DNA of 64,000 nt from Lama glama (Eukaryota): assembly GCA_028534125.1 (NCBI GenBank), contig CM052817.1:806001-870000 (forward strand). The letters are read 5' to 3'. Shown one piece after another: positions 12,844 through 23,720 of the stretch; position 1 is the first letter of the stretch; every line of letters begins with the position of its first letter. A program made the translations under genes and the position numbers. The notes under the pieces were generated by a model. It was not told the DNA's origin. It made no database searches and saw only the letters and a program-made list of their open reading frames with translations.

Positions 12844-13489
12844 CGCGCCGCCGTCCCCACCGGGAAGCCGTCCGGGAGAAACCCGCCTTCCGGGCGAAAC
12901 CCGCTGCCCGGACGCCCGGAGCAGGCCCCAGCGTCCGGGTCCGGTAAGCGCCGGGCAGCGCGGGGCACTCTGGGAAGTGGAGTCCCCACTCTCAGACCAC
13001 TCGCGCGGCGCTCTGGGAGCTAGGGTCCCGCGGGGCACTTTGGGAAATGGAGTTCCCGTGCCCGACACCCGGCAGAAGTCGTGAGCGCCGCGATAGTCCT
13101 CGCGAGGGTTTGGGTTCTCACGACCTGCCCTGGGGGCGGCGCTGCACCTGGTCCCATTTCACAGCTGGGGAAACTGAGACACGGGCGACTGGTTCTCGGG
13201 CCCTGGCCTTTCCGCGCAGCCTAGGGGCGCCCGCAGCAGAGCTCGAGATTCCTGGGCGACGGCGGTCCGCGCGGTCAGCCCGCCCACGAGCAACCTTTCC
13301 CCATCGCCTGCTGCGGGAGCCGCAGTTACCGAGAATTCCAGCGCCCGCCACGCCCAGCGTACCGCTAGCGCCGGAAGCGGAACCCCTTGTGGGCGCGGCG
13401 TCAGCCATGGCCTCCCATTGGCCGCCGATTCCGTGCGTCTCGCCCCAGCCGCACGCCGATTGGCCGCGCGCGCCAACCGTCGGTATTTG

Positions 13490-13561
13490 AATCGGCGGCG
13501 GGGAGAGGGGTTCCCGGACTCGACGCCTCCCGCTCTCTTGTTTCCGCGCGGCGGCCGACAG
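13490..13561 (+). other. TACC3: TACC3 non-coding exon 1 (start approximate)
   Basis: Lies just after the CCAAT/CHR elements and ends at a strong donor CAG|gtaagg (13561/13562); the next exon starts 1 nt before the ATG. Confidence 0.7.
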
Positions 13562-15243
13562 GTAAGGCGGCAGCGGGGTCCGGGCTCGGGGTTCCGGCCT
13601 CGCCTCCTCTGGCCCCAGGCCTCTGTCTGCCGTGGTGGCGACCACCCTGGTCGTGGCCCCCTCCCCCCGGGAAGCACTCCCCCCGCGACGCCTCTTCCCA
13701 CAGTCGCGAGCGGAGCCGGCGGCCTCCCACCCTTGCCTCCGAGACGCCTGGTGGTCCCTCTGCCGCCCTCAAAGACAGAACAGCCCGGGCCCGCTGCGCC
13801 GCCCTCCCCCCCACCCCGGTGACCTCGTCCAGCCGCAAACCACCCGTGGCTGTGACCTGCAAAGACACGTCTCCGCCCCCGAATACTCTCCGGCTTGCTG
13901 TCCGGACCCTCTGGGCGTAGCCCCACCTGTGAGCCATCGCCGATTCCTGCCGCACCTGCCGCAGAAACCTGGGCTCTGCGCTCCCGCACCGCTGATCCCG
14001 CAAGACCCGCTCTCTGGGGCCGCCAGTCTTCCTGCCCTCCTGACCCGGCCCCTCCTCGCTCTGGAGCCGCCTTCGCGGCCCCCTCCTCAGTAGAAGCCAG
14101 ACCCATAGAGGCTGCCATCATTGTTCTCCCACCTTCTCCAGCAGAGGGAGTTTGCCTCCAAGTCTGTCTCCCTCTTATGTCCCCCTCGTTTTACCCAGTT
14201 GTTCAGGCCAAAACTAGTAGTTACTCTTGACTTACACTTCTTTTTCTTGCCTCCACACACAGTGTGTGGGCCTGTTGGCAAAGCAGGGCTGACCACCCAA
14301 CCCCTGGCCAGATGCAAGAGCCTCTGACTCCCCACTTCCCTCCTGCCCCTCCCGGTCCTCCACACCAGCGCCCCCGACCCCTGGCCTCACCCTTCAAGGG
14401 GGCTGGTCACCCTGACCTCCCACCCCAACCTCACCTCTTCCAAGGCCACCCCTACCTACTCCCTCTGCCCCAGCCACCCAGCCTCTTTAAACCACAGTCC
14501 CCAGGGCCCCCACTACTAGCAAGTACCTGTGGTGCCCCCTTGGGCAGGTCAACGCCCAGTTCTCTGGTGACTCCTGGACTCAGAAGGCCACGTCAGTCAC
14601 CATGACAAAGACTTTGGGAAGAAGTGGGACTGCTCTAGAAACTTCTGGGCCCAACTGGAGGCCCCTGGTGTGTTTCTACTCTGCAGACTCTGATGTAGAA
14701 GCCACTTGACTCCCTACAAACGATTCTGCACCCTGCTGCTTGTTACCTTCTCTGGCTCCTCCTCTGGGCCTCCACCCTCCCAACACCTTGTCTGGTCCCC
14801 ATTTCCTGGCCCCATAGGCAGAGTGCAGGCTGCCGTGCTGTCTGCTCTCCCATCCTCCACCAGTTTGGTAGCCCACTCCAACTCTGACACCGAGGCCTGC
14901 AGGGAGACGAAGATTCCTATGCCTCATCCAGTGTCATCACAGATCAGCCCTTACCTGTCTCCCAGCCTTTACCCACAAAGTTCAAGTTATTTCGTCGACA
15001 TGGTTTTCCCTCCTTGCCCTGAGGGCTGGGGACCCCTTTAGCTCTTGCACCTGGGAGGTGGCAGCTCCCCCCAAAGCAGGGAGGGGACTGCCTGGCAGAG
15101 GACATGCTGCCTAAGGTGTGACCCACCTGTGCAGGCAGGGGGATGTCCTCACTCAGCACCATGGGGTCAGCCCTGTCCTTTCCACATACATGCGTCCAGA
15201 CAACATGCCCTGCTGCTGACACAAAACTGTTTGTTTTTCCAGA

Positions 15244-15405
15244 ATGAGCCTGCACATCTTCAGTGACGAGAATGTCACTGATGACAAAAGCACAGAGAAC
15301 TATGACTTCCTGTTTTCACCACTGGAAGTTACCGGAAGGTTGCCTGTACTCCGTTTGTCACAGAAAGAAAATGTGCCACCCAAGAGCACAGCCAAAGCAG
15401 TGAAG
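15244..15405 (+). CDS. TACC3: TACC3 exon 2 (first coding exon)
   Basis: ttccag|A ATG; MSLHIFSDENVTDDKSTENYDFLFSPLEVTGRLPVLRLSQKENVPPKSTAKAVK; AAG|gtgag. Confidence 0.96.
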
Positions 15406-15559
15406 GTGAGCATGTCTCCCCCTGTATAGATCTAAATCTACCAAGTGTCACAGGTGCAGTCATCCTGGGACCTGCTTTCCCGGGGACTTACTGCGCTACC
15501 AGGGCATGGTGCTTGGAGATGTGAGTTACTGACTAGGAGCCCTCCTCCCTCCCCAACAG

Positions 15560-15702
15560 GTGACTTTTCAGACACCTCTGCGGGATCCACAGACACACAG
15601 GATTTTAAGTCCCAGCATGAGCAGCAAACTTGAAGTTTTTTTAGCTCTGGGCGACACCCCTGGATTAGAAAACTCTCACCAAGTCTGGACCCAGAAGGAG
15701 AA
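15560..15702 (+). CDS. TACC3: TACC3 exon 3
   Basis: VTFQTPLRDPQTHRILSPSMSSKLEVFLALGDTPGLENSHQVWTQKE(N); acag| and AA|gtaagt; 143 nt. Confidence 0.96.
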
Positions 15703-17064
15703 GTAAGTGTCAGTGCCGTCTGATGTATTGCAGCTGTGACCTCTCTGACGGACGTGGCAGGAAGAGTCTGTCTTGTTTGTCACATCCAGCTGGTCTCTGC
15801 TCTGGGTTTGTGTCGTGCATGGCCAGAGTACTCAGAAGTCATTTGTTCCTGAAGAGTGAGTCCCGAAGCAGCGTGAGTTTAAATGTGCGTTCCGCACCTT
15901 TGCTGCATCCTTGCCAACAAACTGGCCATAGTTTCTGCTTCCCTGGCTTCGTGAAATGTCCTGGCCTCCTCTCCTGGGGCTGCTCTGTGGTTTGCTGCTT
16001 TTATAGCATTCCACTGGGATCTCCCTCCTCACAAGTCAGCCTCATGTTCTCCACATCCAGCCCTGGAGAAAGCTCACAGACAGATCTTACCTCTGAAGGC
16101 AGAGAAACTGTTAATCTAGTCAGAGTGCCAGTGGCGTCTGACGGACCAGGTTTTAAGCACCTGACTTTAATCAAGAGCAGCTTCTTCGCAGCCTGCCCTG
16201 GCCGAGGCGTTTTACTGGATGTGCTGGTAGCCTAAGCAAAGCCGAGGCTTTTCCAGCCTCAGTCTGGAGATGAGTCCGCTGCCCCCAGATTAGGACGGAC
16301 CAAGTGGGCAGGCCCGGGACCCTCTGCGTCTGGGTGAGAAGGGGCCTCGCTGGCGCATTTGGTCCTGACTTTTGCTGACTTAAACTGTTTTAGACCTTGC
16401 TTTTTCTTTTAAACAGGTTTCAGAGAAACGTGTAAAAGCAAAACATCGCTAATGTCCCCGTCACCTAACTCGAGTGAAATGTGCTCGGGCCACGTTCCCT
16501 CCTCCTCCTCCTGAATCCCTCCTCGCCTTTCCTTGCTGCTTTCCAACTTTAGATTTTTTACTCTTCATTTTGAAATTCAGCTAATGAGATTAGAGTGATC
16601 AAATACCGTTCTTCTGTAACAGCCCCACAAGGGAAGGGAAACCCAGCTGTTGGGACTCTGCCTCCGGGCTGCTCCAGGGCCACAGAGGGGAGGCGCGGGA
16701 GGCCCAGGAGGACCCAGGGTGGGCAGGCCTGAAGGCAGTGTCCTGGACCTCATCTTTCTTGCTCTCCAGTGAGGAGCCTGACCCTCCTGTGCCCAGACTG
16801 TCCTTGACCACGTAGCTGCTAGGCCCCAGCTGACAGGGGAGCCTGGCCTTTGATCCTTTGCCTTTGGCGTTTCCACGCCATCTGCCTTGGAACCCTGGGT
16901 CTCCAGGTGGCCGCCAGCAGACTGCGCTTGGAAAGTTAACCTGGGAAGGTTGATTGTATGATTGTATTTTTTTTTTCTTTCTTTAACTAATGTTTTCACG
17001 CAGACTGAAATCTAAATGAAAACCTAACTGGTTCATTTGTGTTAACTAAGTCTGTTTCTAAAAG

Positions 17065-17961
17065 CCAACAGTTTACCCAGGAAACAGAGACCAGGACAAC
17101 TAATGGAATTCTGCAGAAGCCAGCAGTGGAGGGGGCCAACCTTCCTCCAGGGTTCGTGAGACCAGCGTCTGAAGACAGGCTTCCCAGTGGGCCCGCCTGT
17201 GCCGGTCTGGGTCCCTCAAGCTTCCCTCAAATGCCAGAAAGTGTTGAAAACCAAGTGGCATCTTCAGGACGAGTGTCAAGCAGCCCTGAACAAGCCTGGG
17301 AGGAGCATGTCCATTCTCGTTCCTCAGAGGAAAGTGTTGCATCCACACCCAAGATTCTAGAACACCCTCCCGGGATGGTGTCCCAAGACACAGACAGAGC
17401 AGAGGACCCATGTAGCCTCCCAGGAGAAAACCCGGATGCGGTTCCTGCTTCATGCGTGGGGGCTGCTCCAGCTCCCGGTACCCTCCCCGGAGGAGCCCAC
17501 GCAGGGGAGCCCCACACAGACCTGCCTGACGAGGGCCCTGTAGGCCCCGAGGCCACTGCCCTGGTCGGCCGTGTGGAGGCTGGAGGGGCCCCAGCCCCCA
17601 GTTCTCAGAGTGAGGAGGGCAGGGGCCAGGAGGCCAGCTCTTTGAGAAGCAGGCCTGTGAGGCTAGAATTTGACTTCCCTGATGATGCCACCAGCAAAAA
17701 GCCACCTCCACTGAGGAAACGAGGGACGGCCCCAGGTCTCAAACCTCCCTCAAGGAGACCAGAGATGAGGCAGGAAAAGGCCACCATGGCTGCGGGCGAG
17801 GGTCCTGATCCCCCTCCACGAAGGTCTGGCAGCCTGGATGGGGACAAGCTGGATGACCCAGACTTTAACCCATGTGGAGGTGACGGAGAGGCCTGGCCCC
17901 CGGAGCACCCCCAGAGCAGGCCAGCCAGGCCTGCAGCCGCAGAGGACTCATCACCAAGCCA
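17065..17961 (+). CDS. TACC3: TACC3 exon 4 (large low-complexity exon with SDP motif)
   Basis: Lies within ORF 17039-17965; QQFTQE...GILQKP...PVRLEFDF...DKLDDPDFNP; aaag| acceptor, CA|gtgagt donor; 897 nt. Confidence 0.92.
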
Positions 17962-18528
17962 GTGAGTGTCGGGGGGTGGTGGCAGGGCAGCAGCTCCAGG
18001 GTGTGGGCGCCCGTGGGCCCCAGACCAGATGTGCCACCTGCACCCCGAGAGGCCCAGGGCAGACGCAGCTCTTGGGAATAAGAAGCAGAGGAGTGACGTC
18101 GGCCCCTCACAGGGGGCGTCCTGTGCTGTGACCCACCCGGGAGGTCTAGAAAGCTCCTAGCAGAGAGTCCCTAGGGTTCCCCGAGGCAGCGTGGCTCCAG
18201 GGGAGCCCGAGTTTCCTGGCGTGAGCTCCCAGGACGCAGCTTCGTGGCCGCCGCGGGCATGTGGCCACAGAGGAGCCCACCCAGCTCCTGCTGCGGTTTC
18301 CTGATGGGGGGGATACGTGGATCCTCGTGGTTTGCTTTTCCTTGAGTTGAGTGACCTCAGAGCTCCTTCTGAGGAGTGGTTCTCGTGCAGGTGAGGTTGG
18401 GGGCCGGCTTTGCCGGGCTGCTCAGCTGGCCCCGTGCCTGGCTTGCTGGGCGGGGTTTGCAGGGCAGGCGGCAGGTGAGTGCCGAAGTGGCAGTGGGGAC
18501 ACAGGCCCTGCAGACCCTGTCTCTTCAG

Positions 18529-18604
18529 GCAGGTGCTTTCAGCCTCAGCAGATGACACACCTGGGGTACAGAGCCCGGCGGGGACCACAGGAGCTGCAAG
18601 TGAG
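18529..18604 (+). CDS. TACC3: TACC3 exon 5
   Basis: QVLSASADDTPGVQSPAGTTGAASE; ttcag| and GAG|gtacgg; 76 nt, phase consistent. Confidence 0.88.
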
Positions 18605-18797
18605 GTACGGAGTGCGGGTGGGCACCCCAGTGTGACACATCCTTGCACTGTCACCATGTCTGGGTATCGTAACGGGGCGGAGGGGGCCTGGGGGCACAGG
18701 CTGCTGCCCCTACCCCCACCCCCATGTCCCTCGTCCTGACGAGACTACATGAGGTGCCCAAACCAAGCCCCCAAGGTGACCCCGACCTCCCTTCCAG

Positions 18798-18951
18798 GAG
18801 GGATCTGCAGGCTCTTCGGGTGCACCAGCTCCCACTAGCAGCCCGAGCACTGAGCCAGTGACCGCGCCTGCTGACCCCATGCCCCCTGCTCCTCAGGGCC
18901 TGGAGCCCGCCTTGGACCTGACTGGGGAGCACTTCCGAGACCCCACTGAGG
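18798..18951 (+). CDS. TACC3: TACC3 exon 6
   Basis: EGSAGSSGAPAPTSSPSTEPV...PALDLTGEHFRDPTE; ttccag| and G|gtacgt; 154 nt. Confidence 0.88.
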
Positions 18952-19499
18952 GTACGTCGCTGTCTGTCCTCACAGCCAGGTTGCTCGGAACATTTCACGA
19001 GCACATGTTCAGTGGCACCTGCTGCCATTGTCCTGCAGGCAGCTCTGTTCCCTGACTTCAGTGATTCAAGCAGAAACTTCTGGTTTATCAAAAGATAGGC
19101 ATTTTCAGGAGAACAGGGCTGATGCCTGTGACATAAAAAAAATCTTAGGCTCAGAAAACTGGGCAGAAGCCCTGGCTTAGACAGCTCGAGTGCAGTCCGG
19201 AGGCAGCTGGGGCCTCACTGTTCCGGGGGACATGCTGTTTGAAACAGGACCCCACAGAGATGACAGGAGGGCTGGAAGAGCCCTGGGTCTAAGTTGAGCT
19301 CAGTGAGGGCTTGTGACTGAGCTGCTTCGCAAGACAGAAGGCAACTGGAGACACTCTCGGTTTGGGTTACGTAAGAGCCCACAGGTGCAGTGGAGACAGG
19401 ACGTGGACGCAGGGCTTCTCTGGCAGGACAGCCGTGGGGCCCTCCGCACATAGGTGGGACCAGAAGCCATGGACGCGCTCCACTAGGCCAGGGACCTGG

Positions 19500-20280
19500 A
19501 GGCACACAATGTGCGGTTTTGTGTCTGGTGTCTTTCACTGGACAACAAGGTCCGTTTCAGGTCAGGACCTCCTTTTATGGCTAAGCAACATTCCACCATG
19601 TGGAAATTACATCTCGTTTCTTCTTTTACTAGTTGATGGACTTCGGGATGGTTTCCACTTTTGCGCTGTTACGACTAAGGCCGCTGGGAACACTCACGTA
19701 CATGTTTACGTGTGGCCGTGCATGGCCCACTTCTCTGGGGCAGATGTACCTAGAGGGACCTGGTCACATTGTGCTGACTGTGGGAGGAGCTGCCCAGCCG
19801 TTCTCCACAGGCCCGCACCTCTTACCCCTCCATGGGCAGCACCCAAGGGCCAGCTGCACTGCGTCCCGCCTGCACGCGGTGCTGGCTGCATGTCACGGTC
19901 CCTCACCAATGAGCCACATTTGTCCACGTGCGTGTTGACCTTTTGAGTCTCCCCTTTGGAGGAGCATATGCTCAGATCCTTTCCCATTTCTTCGCTGAGT
20001 TATTTGCCATATGACCAAGTTGCAGAGATTTCTAGTGTAATCTGGGTAGGGACCCCTCGTCAGGCACCTGATCTGCAAAACTTGCCTTTGCACCCTGTGT
20101 CCTTGGAGGCCCAAGCTGTCACCTTGCTGCTTGTGCGTCTGGCGTCAGTCCTGATGAGTCACTGTCACACCCGGTGTCACGAGGGTGTGCCCTTGTGTTT
20201 TCTTCTAAGAATTCTGTGGTTTTAACTCATACACTTGGGGCTTTGATCCATTTTGGGTCAGTTTCTGTCTATGGCACGAG
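19500..20280 (-). mobile_element. Old LINE-1 (L1M-type) fragment, antisense, in TACC3 intron 6
   Basis: ccttttatggctaagcaacattccaccatgtgga..gttgatggacttcgggatggtttccactttt..tgttttcttctaagaattctgtggttttaactcatacactt..tttgatccatttt typical of the L1 antisense strand. Confidence 0.8.
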
Positions 20281-20609
20281 TCACCTTTAGAATCTGTAAA
20301 CAAAGGTCGCACCAGAGCACAAAGGGCTCTTCCGGGCTGGCTGCACACTGCTGCTCAGCCAGGGGTGCCCTTGGCCGTTACTCCTGGGGGGTCTATCAGC
20401 CCTTGTGTGTGGCCCAACAAAACCACCCAGCCCCCAGCGTCATGAGCAGGGCGGCAGCCCCGCCTTACAGCAAAGGGCCGTCTGTCCAGGGCGGACCGGG
20501 CCGTGGAAGGGAGCCGGGGGCGGGGGGTGCTTGGGAGCTGCCGAGCCCTGCGCCGGAGAGCTCTAGCCTGAGTCCCACGGGCCGTGACGCAGCCACCCGC
20601 TACTCTCAG

Positions 20610-20662
20610 TTCTAGGCACGGGGGTTGAAGTGGACTACCTGGAGCAGTTTGGGGCTTCCTCG
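20610..20662 (+). CDS. TACC3: TACC3 exon 7
   Basis: (V)LGTGVEVDYLEQFGASS; ctcag| and TCG|gtgagt; 53 nt. Confidence 0.95.
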
Positions 20663-20962
20663 GTGAGTATCCTGCACCTCGTGGCAGCCTTTCCTCAAGT
20701 GTGAGTCTCAAAAAGGGGCTGTTTCTGGAACAGCCCTGAGTCCCTGCCCTGCTCGGCAGTCACCAGTCTTCCTCAACTCGGGCAGCGTCTGTGTCCGCCC
20801 AGGGCTGGCCGGTGGGGATGGTGTCTCCAGGCCCCTGTCCTGCAGCTGCTCCCAGCGGAGTCGTGTCCCCCTCCTGCGCCACGCAGGCCATGATCTGCCT
20901 GGGCCTGTCCCAGGCGCTGCATGTCGGGGATGCCGCTGAACCTGCTCCCCCTACCGCAGCAG

Positions 20963-21066
20963 TTTAAGGAGTCAGCCCTGAGGAAGCAGTCCTTGTACCT
21001 CAAGTTCGACCCGCTCCTGCAGGACAGCCCTCGGAGACCGGTGCCCGCAGCCCCCGAGACCAGCAG
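20963..21066 (+). CDS. TACC3: TACC3 exon 8 (Aurora-A site RKQSL, clathrin-binding DPLL)
   Basis: FKESALRKQSLYLKFDPLLQDSPRRPVPAAPETS; cagcag| acceptor, AG|gtgtg donor; 104 nt. Confidence 0.95.
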
Positions 21067-21258
21067 GTGTGCCTCTCCTCTGTCTGCGGGCGACAGGCGG
21101 GCTGGCAGGTGTGAACCTGAATCAGACACCGGCCGAGCCAGAGGCCTGACAGGCCGGGTGGCCCACAAATCCCGAGGCGCTCACTCAGCCCTTCGGGGAG
21201 AACCTGGGCTGACCCCACCCTGCAGGTAAACGACACGTGTGTTCTGTTTCGATCTCAG

Positions 21259-21346
21259 GGCACAGGGCGTGGACACGCCTTCCTCGGGAAGCCCCCCCGA
21301 GGCGAAGCTGGTGGAACTGGACTTCCTCGGCGCCCCGGGTGTTCCC
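21259..21346 (+). CDS. TACC3: TACC3 exon 9
   Basis: AQGVDTPSSGSPPEAKLVELDFLGAPGVP; ctcag| and CCC|gtaagt; 88 nt. Confidence 0.93.
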
Positions 21347-21532
21347 GTAAGTGCTTGGTTCCCCACGCGGTGTAAAGAGACACATGTTCCAAGGGCGTGG
21401 GATTTATGTTCTGGGACCTGGGGGAAGGCATCAGGAGGTCGGCTGGGCCAGGGCGCCGAGCTGTGCCGTCTGGGAAACCGGCGGAGACGAGCACCAGTGG
21501 AACCTGCCCAGCCTGTCTCCATCACCCCGCAG

Positions 21533-21637
21533 GCACTTGGCCCGATTCCATGTGACCTCGGGCCCGGGGGCCCGCTGTTGCCCGTGGGGCCCATTGTGGA
21601 CGTGCTGCAGTACAGCCAGAGGGACCTGGACACAGTG
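21533..21637 (+). CDS. TACC3: TACC3 exon 10
   Basis: ALGPIPCDLGPGGPLLPVGPIVDVLQYSQRDLDTV; gcag| and GTG|gtgagg; 105 nt. Confidence 0.93.
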
Positions 21638-22142
21638 GTGAGGATGATCGGGAGGACGGGCCCCCAGGCACCACCCCGGAGGAGAGCCCCGTGGATGGCT
21701 CTGAGCTCTGGTCTTCCTCGTGCTGCTGCTCGTGGAATCCTGGTGTCCACTTACGGACCCCCACCAGTCACCCAGTTAGCTGAGGGTCTGGATGTCCTCG
21801 TTGGGCACCACTCTGAGCTGCCCTAGGGGTGGCAAAGCAGGACAGCTGGCAGGGCTGGGCCTCAGCCCCCAAGTCTCCTCGCTGCCTAGGTGATGCCCTG
21901 GGCGGTGTCCAGCTTGTTCCCTCTCAGGGAGGCCTGCATGCCAGGCCCCAGCCGGCAGCTGGATCCTCCCTGCCACTGGGCCTGCCCTCTGCAGGCTGTT
22001 CTCCCACCACGTCTGTACCACGTGGTGTTCCCACCATATACCCAGCGCATGCAGGCCCCCTAGTCCGGTGATCGCTGAGTGGGACAGGAGGTACTGGCAT
22101 GGGAGGGTGCCCAGCACCAACTCAGAGCTACGGTCCGCGCAG

Positions 22143-22219
22143 GTGGAAGCAACACAGAAGGAGAACGAGGCACTGAGGAGCCAGTGCGCCGAGCTCCACG
22201 CCAGGATCCTGGAGATGGG
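22143..22219 (+). CDS. TACC3: TACC3 exon 11 (start of the TACC coiled coil)
   Basis: VEATQKENEALRSQCAELHARILEM(G); gcag| and GG|gtgagg; 77 nt. Confidence 0.93.
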
Positions 22220-22308
22220 GTGAGGCCTGAGTGGCTGCTGGGACCTGGGTGCCCGCCTGCCCACCCGCCTGCCACAGCGCTCATGGCACATCTGCTCTCC
22301 TCCCGCAG

Positions 22309-22352
22309 GAAGATCATGGATGGGTTTGAGGGGACCGTGTATCAAGCGATGG
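22309..22352 (+). CDS. TACC3: TACC3 exon 12
   Basis: KIMDGFEGTVYQAM; gcag| and G|gtgagt; 44 nt. Confidence 0.94.
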
Positions 22353-22922
22353 GTGAGTGCCGGGCGCCCACGGCCTTTCTTCCCAGTAGCAGCTCCCTCC
22401 TGCAAGCTAAGCCCACATGCCCACACCCCCTGCAGTGGAGCAGCTGGCGGTCAGGGAGGCCTGGTGGCTCTGGGCCACTGGCACTTACCAACCCCAAAAT
22501 TGGCCAGCCCCTGAGCTGGCATCCGGGGCCAAGGCCAGGAAAGATAGGGTCCCTCCCGTAGGTGCTGCACTGCGGTGTCCCCCTCCCCCAGGTGGCTGCT
22601 TGTCCAGCTTCAGCCACTGGGTGCCGGGCACTGGGCGTGTCCAGGCTGGGGTGGGTGTGGCTGTGGGCTCTGAGCGCCTTGGCCCCACCTCTTCCCAGGG
22701 CCTCTGAAGTTGGGCCCTGGGTTCACTATCCACTGCCTCTGGGTCTGGGTGGAGCTGGGGGGAGGGAATGGCTGTTTCTTGGGCACTTGTGGCCCCTAGG
22801 TCCTGCCTGGGAAGCTCACAGGAGAGCGACCGTCACCTCGCCCCAGTGGGCCCTCCGGCCGCCCGCCCTGGTCTCTTGCCATGGGTGCCCCCCATCCCAA
22901 GTGCTGGTTTTCTTTCCTGAAG

Positions 22923-23083
22923 AGGAGGCCCAGAAACGGAAGGAACTTGCCAGAGTTGAGATCCAGAAGGTTCTGAAGGAAAAGGACCAGCTTACTGCAG
23001 ACTTGCACTCCCTGGAGAAGTCTTTTTCTGATCTTTTCAAGCGATTTGAGAAACAGAAGGAGGTGATCGAAGGCTACCGTGCG
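22923..23083 (+). CDS. TACC3: TACC3 exon 13
   Basis: [53 protein letters not shown]; gaag| and GCG|gtagg; 161 nt. Confidence 0.96.
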
Positions 23084-23720
23084 GTAGGTGCCAGGGCCAG
23101 CAGGCGTTGGCCTTGTCTCCAGTGAGGCAAGGCGACAAGTGCTGGCCGGGCCTGGAGGCTGCAGGGGGGAGCTGAGCCTTCGGGTTGCATCTGGGAAGCA
23201 GGGTGATGTGGGGGCCCCAGGTTCCAGCCCTGGCTGTCGTTTTTGTCATCTACAACCTCACGTGCATGCCTGCAAGGTTGTCCCCTTGCAGAGATCGCCA
23301 TGTCCAGTCCCCACTGCTGTCTTCACCCATCCTGGGCCAGTTGGGAGACCCGGCCCCCATAGCCCAGGGCTGGGAGGGGAGGCAGGAGAGTAGGGGCCGT
23401 ACAGGTGGGCTCTGTGTGCCAGGCAGGCTGAGGGACGGACAGGAGGCCCGTGTGTGTCAGAGGATGAGGCCCAGTGTCTGAGGACCCTCCTGAACCCCAG
23501 GATGGGGAGGCCTGGGGCTGTGTGTGTGGTAGACCGTCCTTAGAAGGAAATGGGGAGTGCTTCTCCCACGTGGCCTCGTCCACTGCTATTTCACGAACGA
23601 CCAGAGAGCCGGCGCTGGGGAACCGCCCCCACCTGACCTGGGGGGTCCCCCAGGCCGCTCCTGAATGCGGTCAGACAGCAGCATGCCATCAGTCAGAGTT
23701 CACATCACTCTTCCTTAAAG

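Larger units (their letters stand above)
12600..14100. promoter_or_regulatory. Bidirectional CpG-island promoter shared by TMEM129 (-) and TACC3 (+)
   Basis: Head-to-head genes; ZNF143-like motifs at 12965, 13008, 13035; ETS CCGGAAG at 13371; ATTGG at 13417 and 13459; CHR TTTGAA at 13486-13491. Confidence 0.85.

Noticed and set aside
12844-13068. In-frame N-terminal extension of TMEM129 suggested by ORF 12541-13068
   Set aside because: No upstream in-frame ATG; the region is promoter/leader sequence and homology starts at MDSPEV
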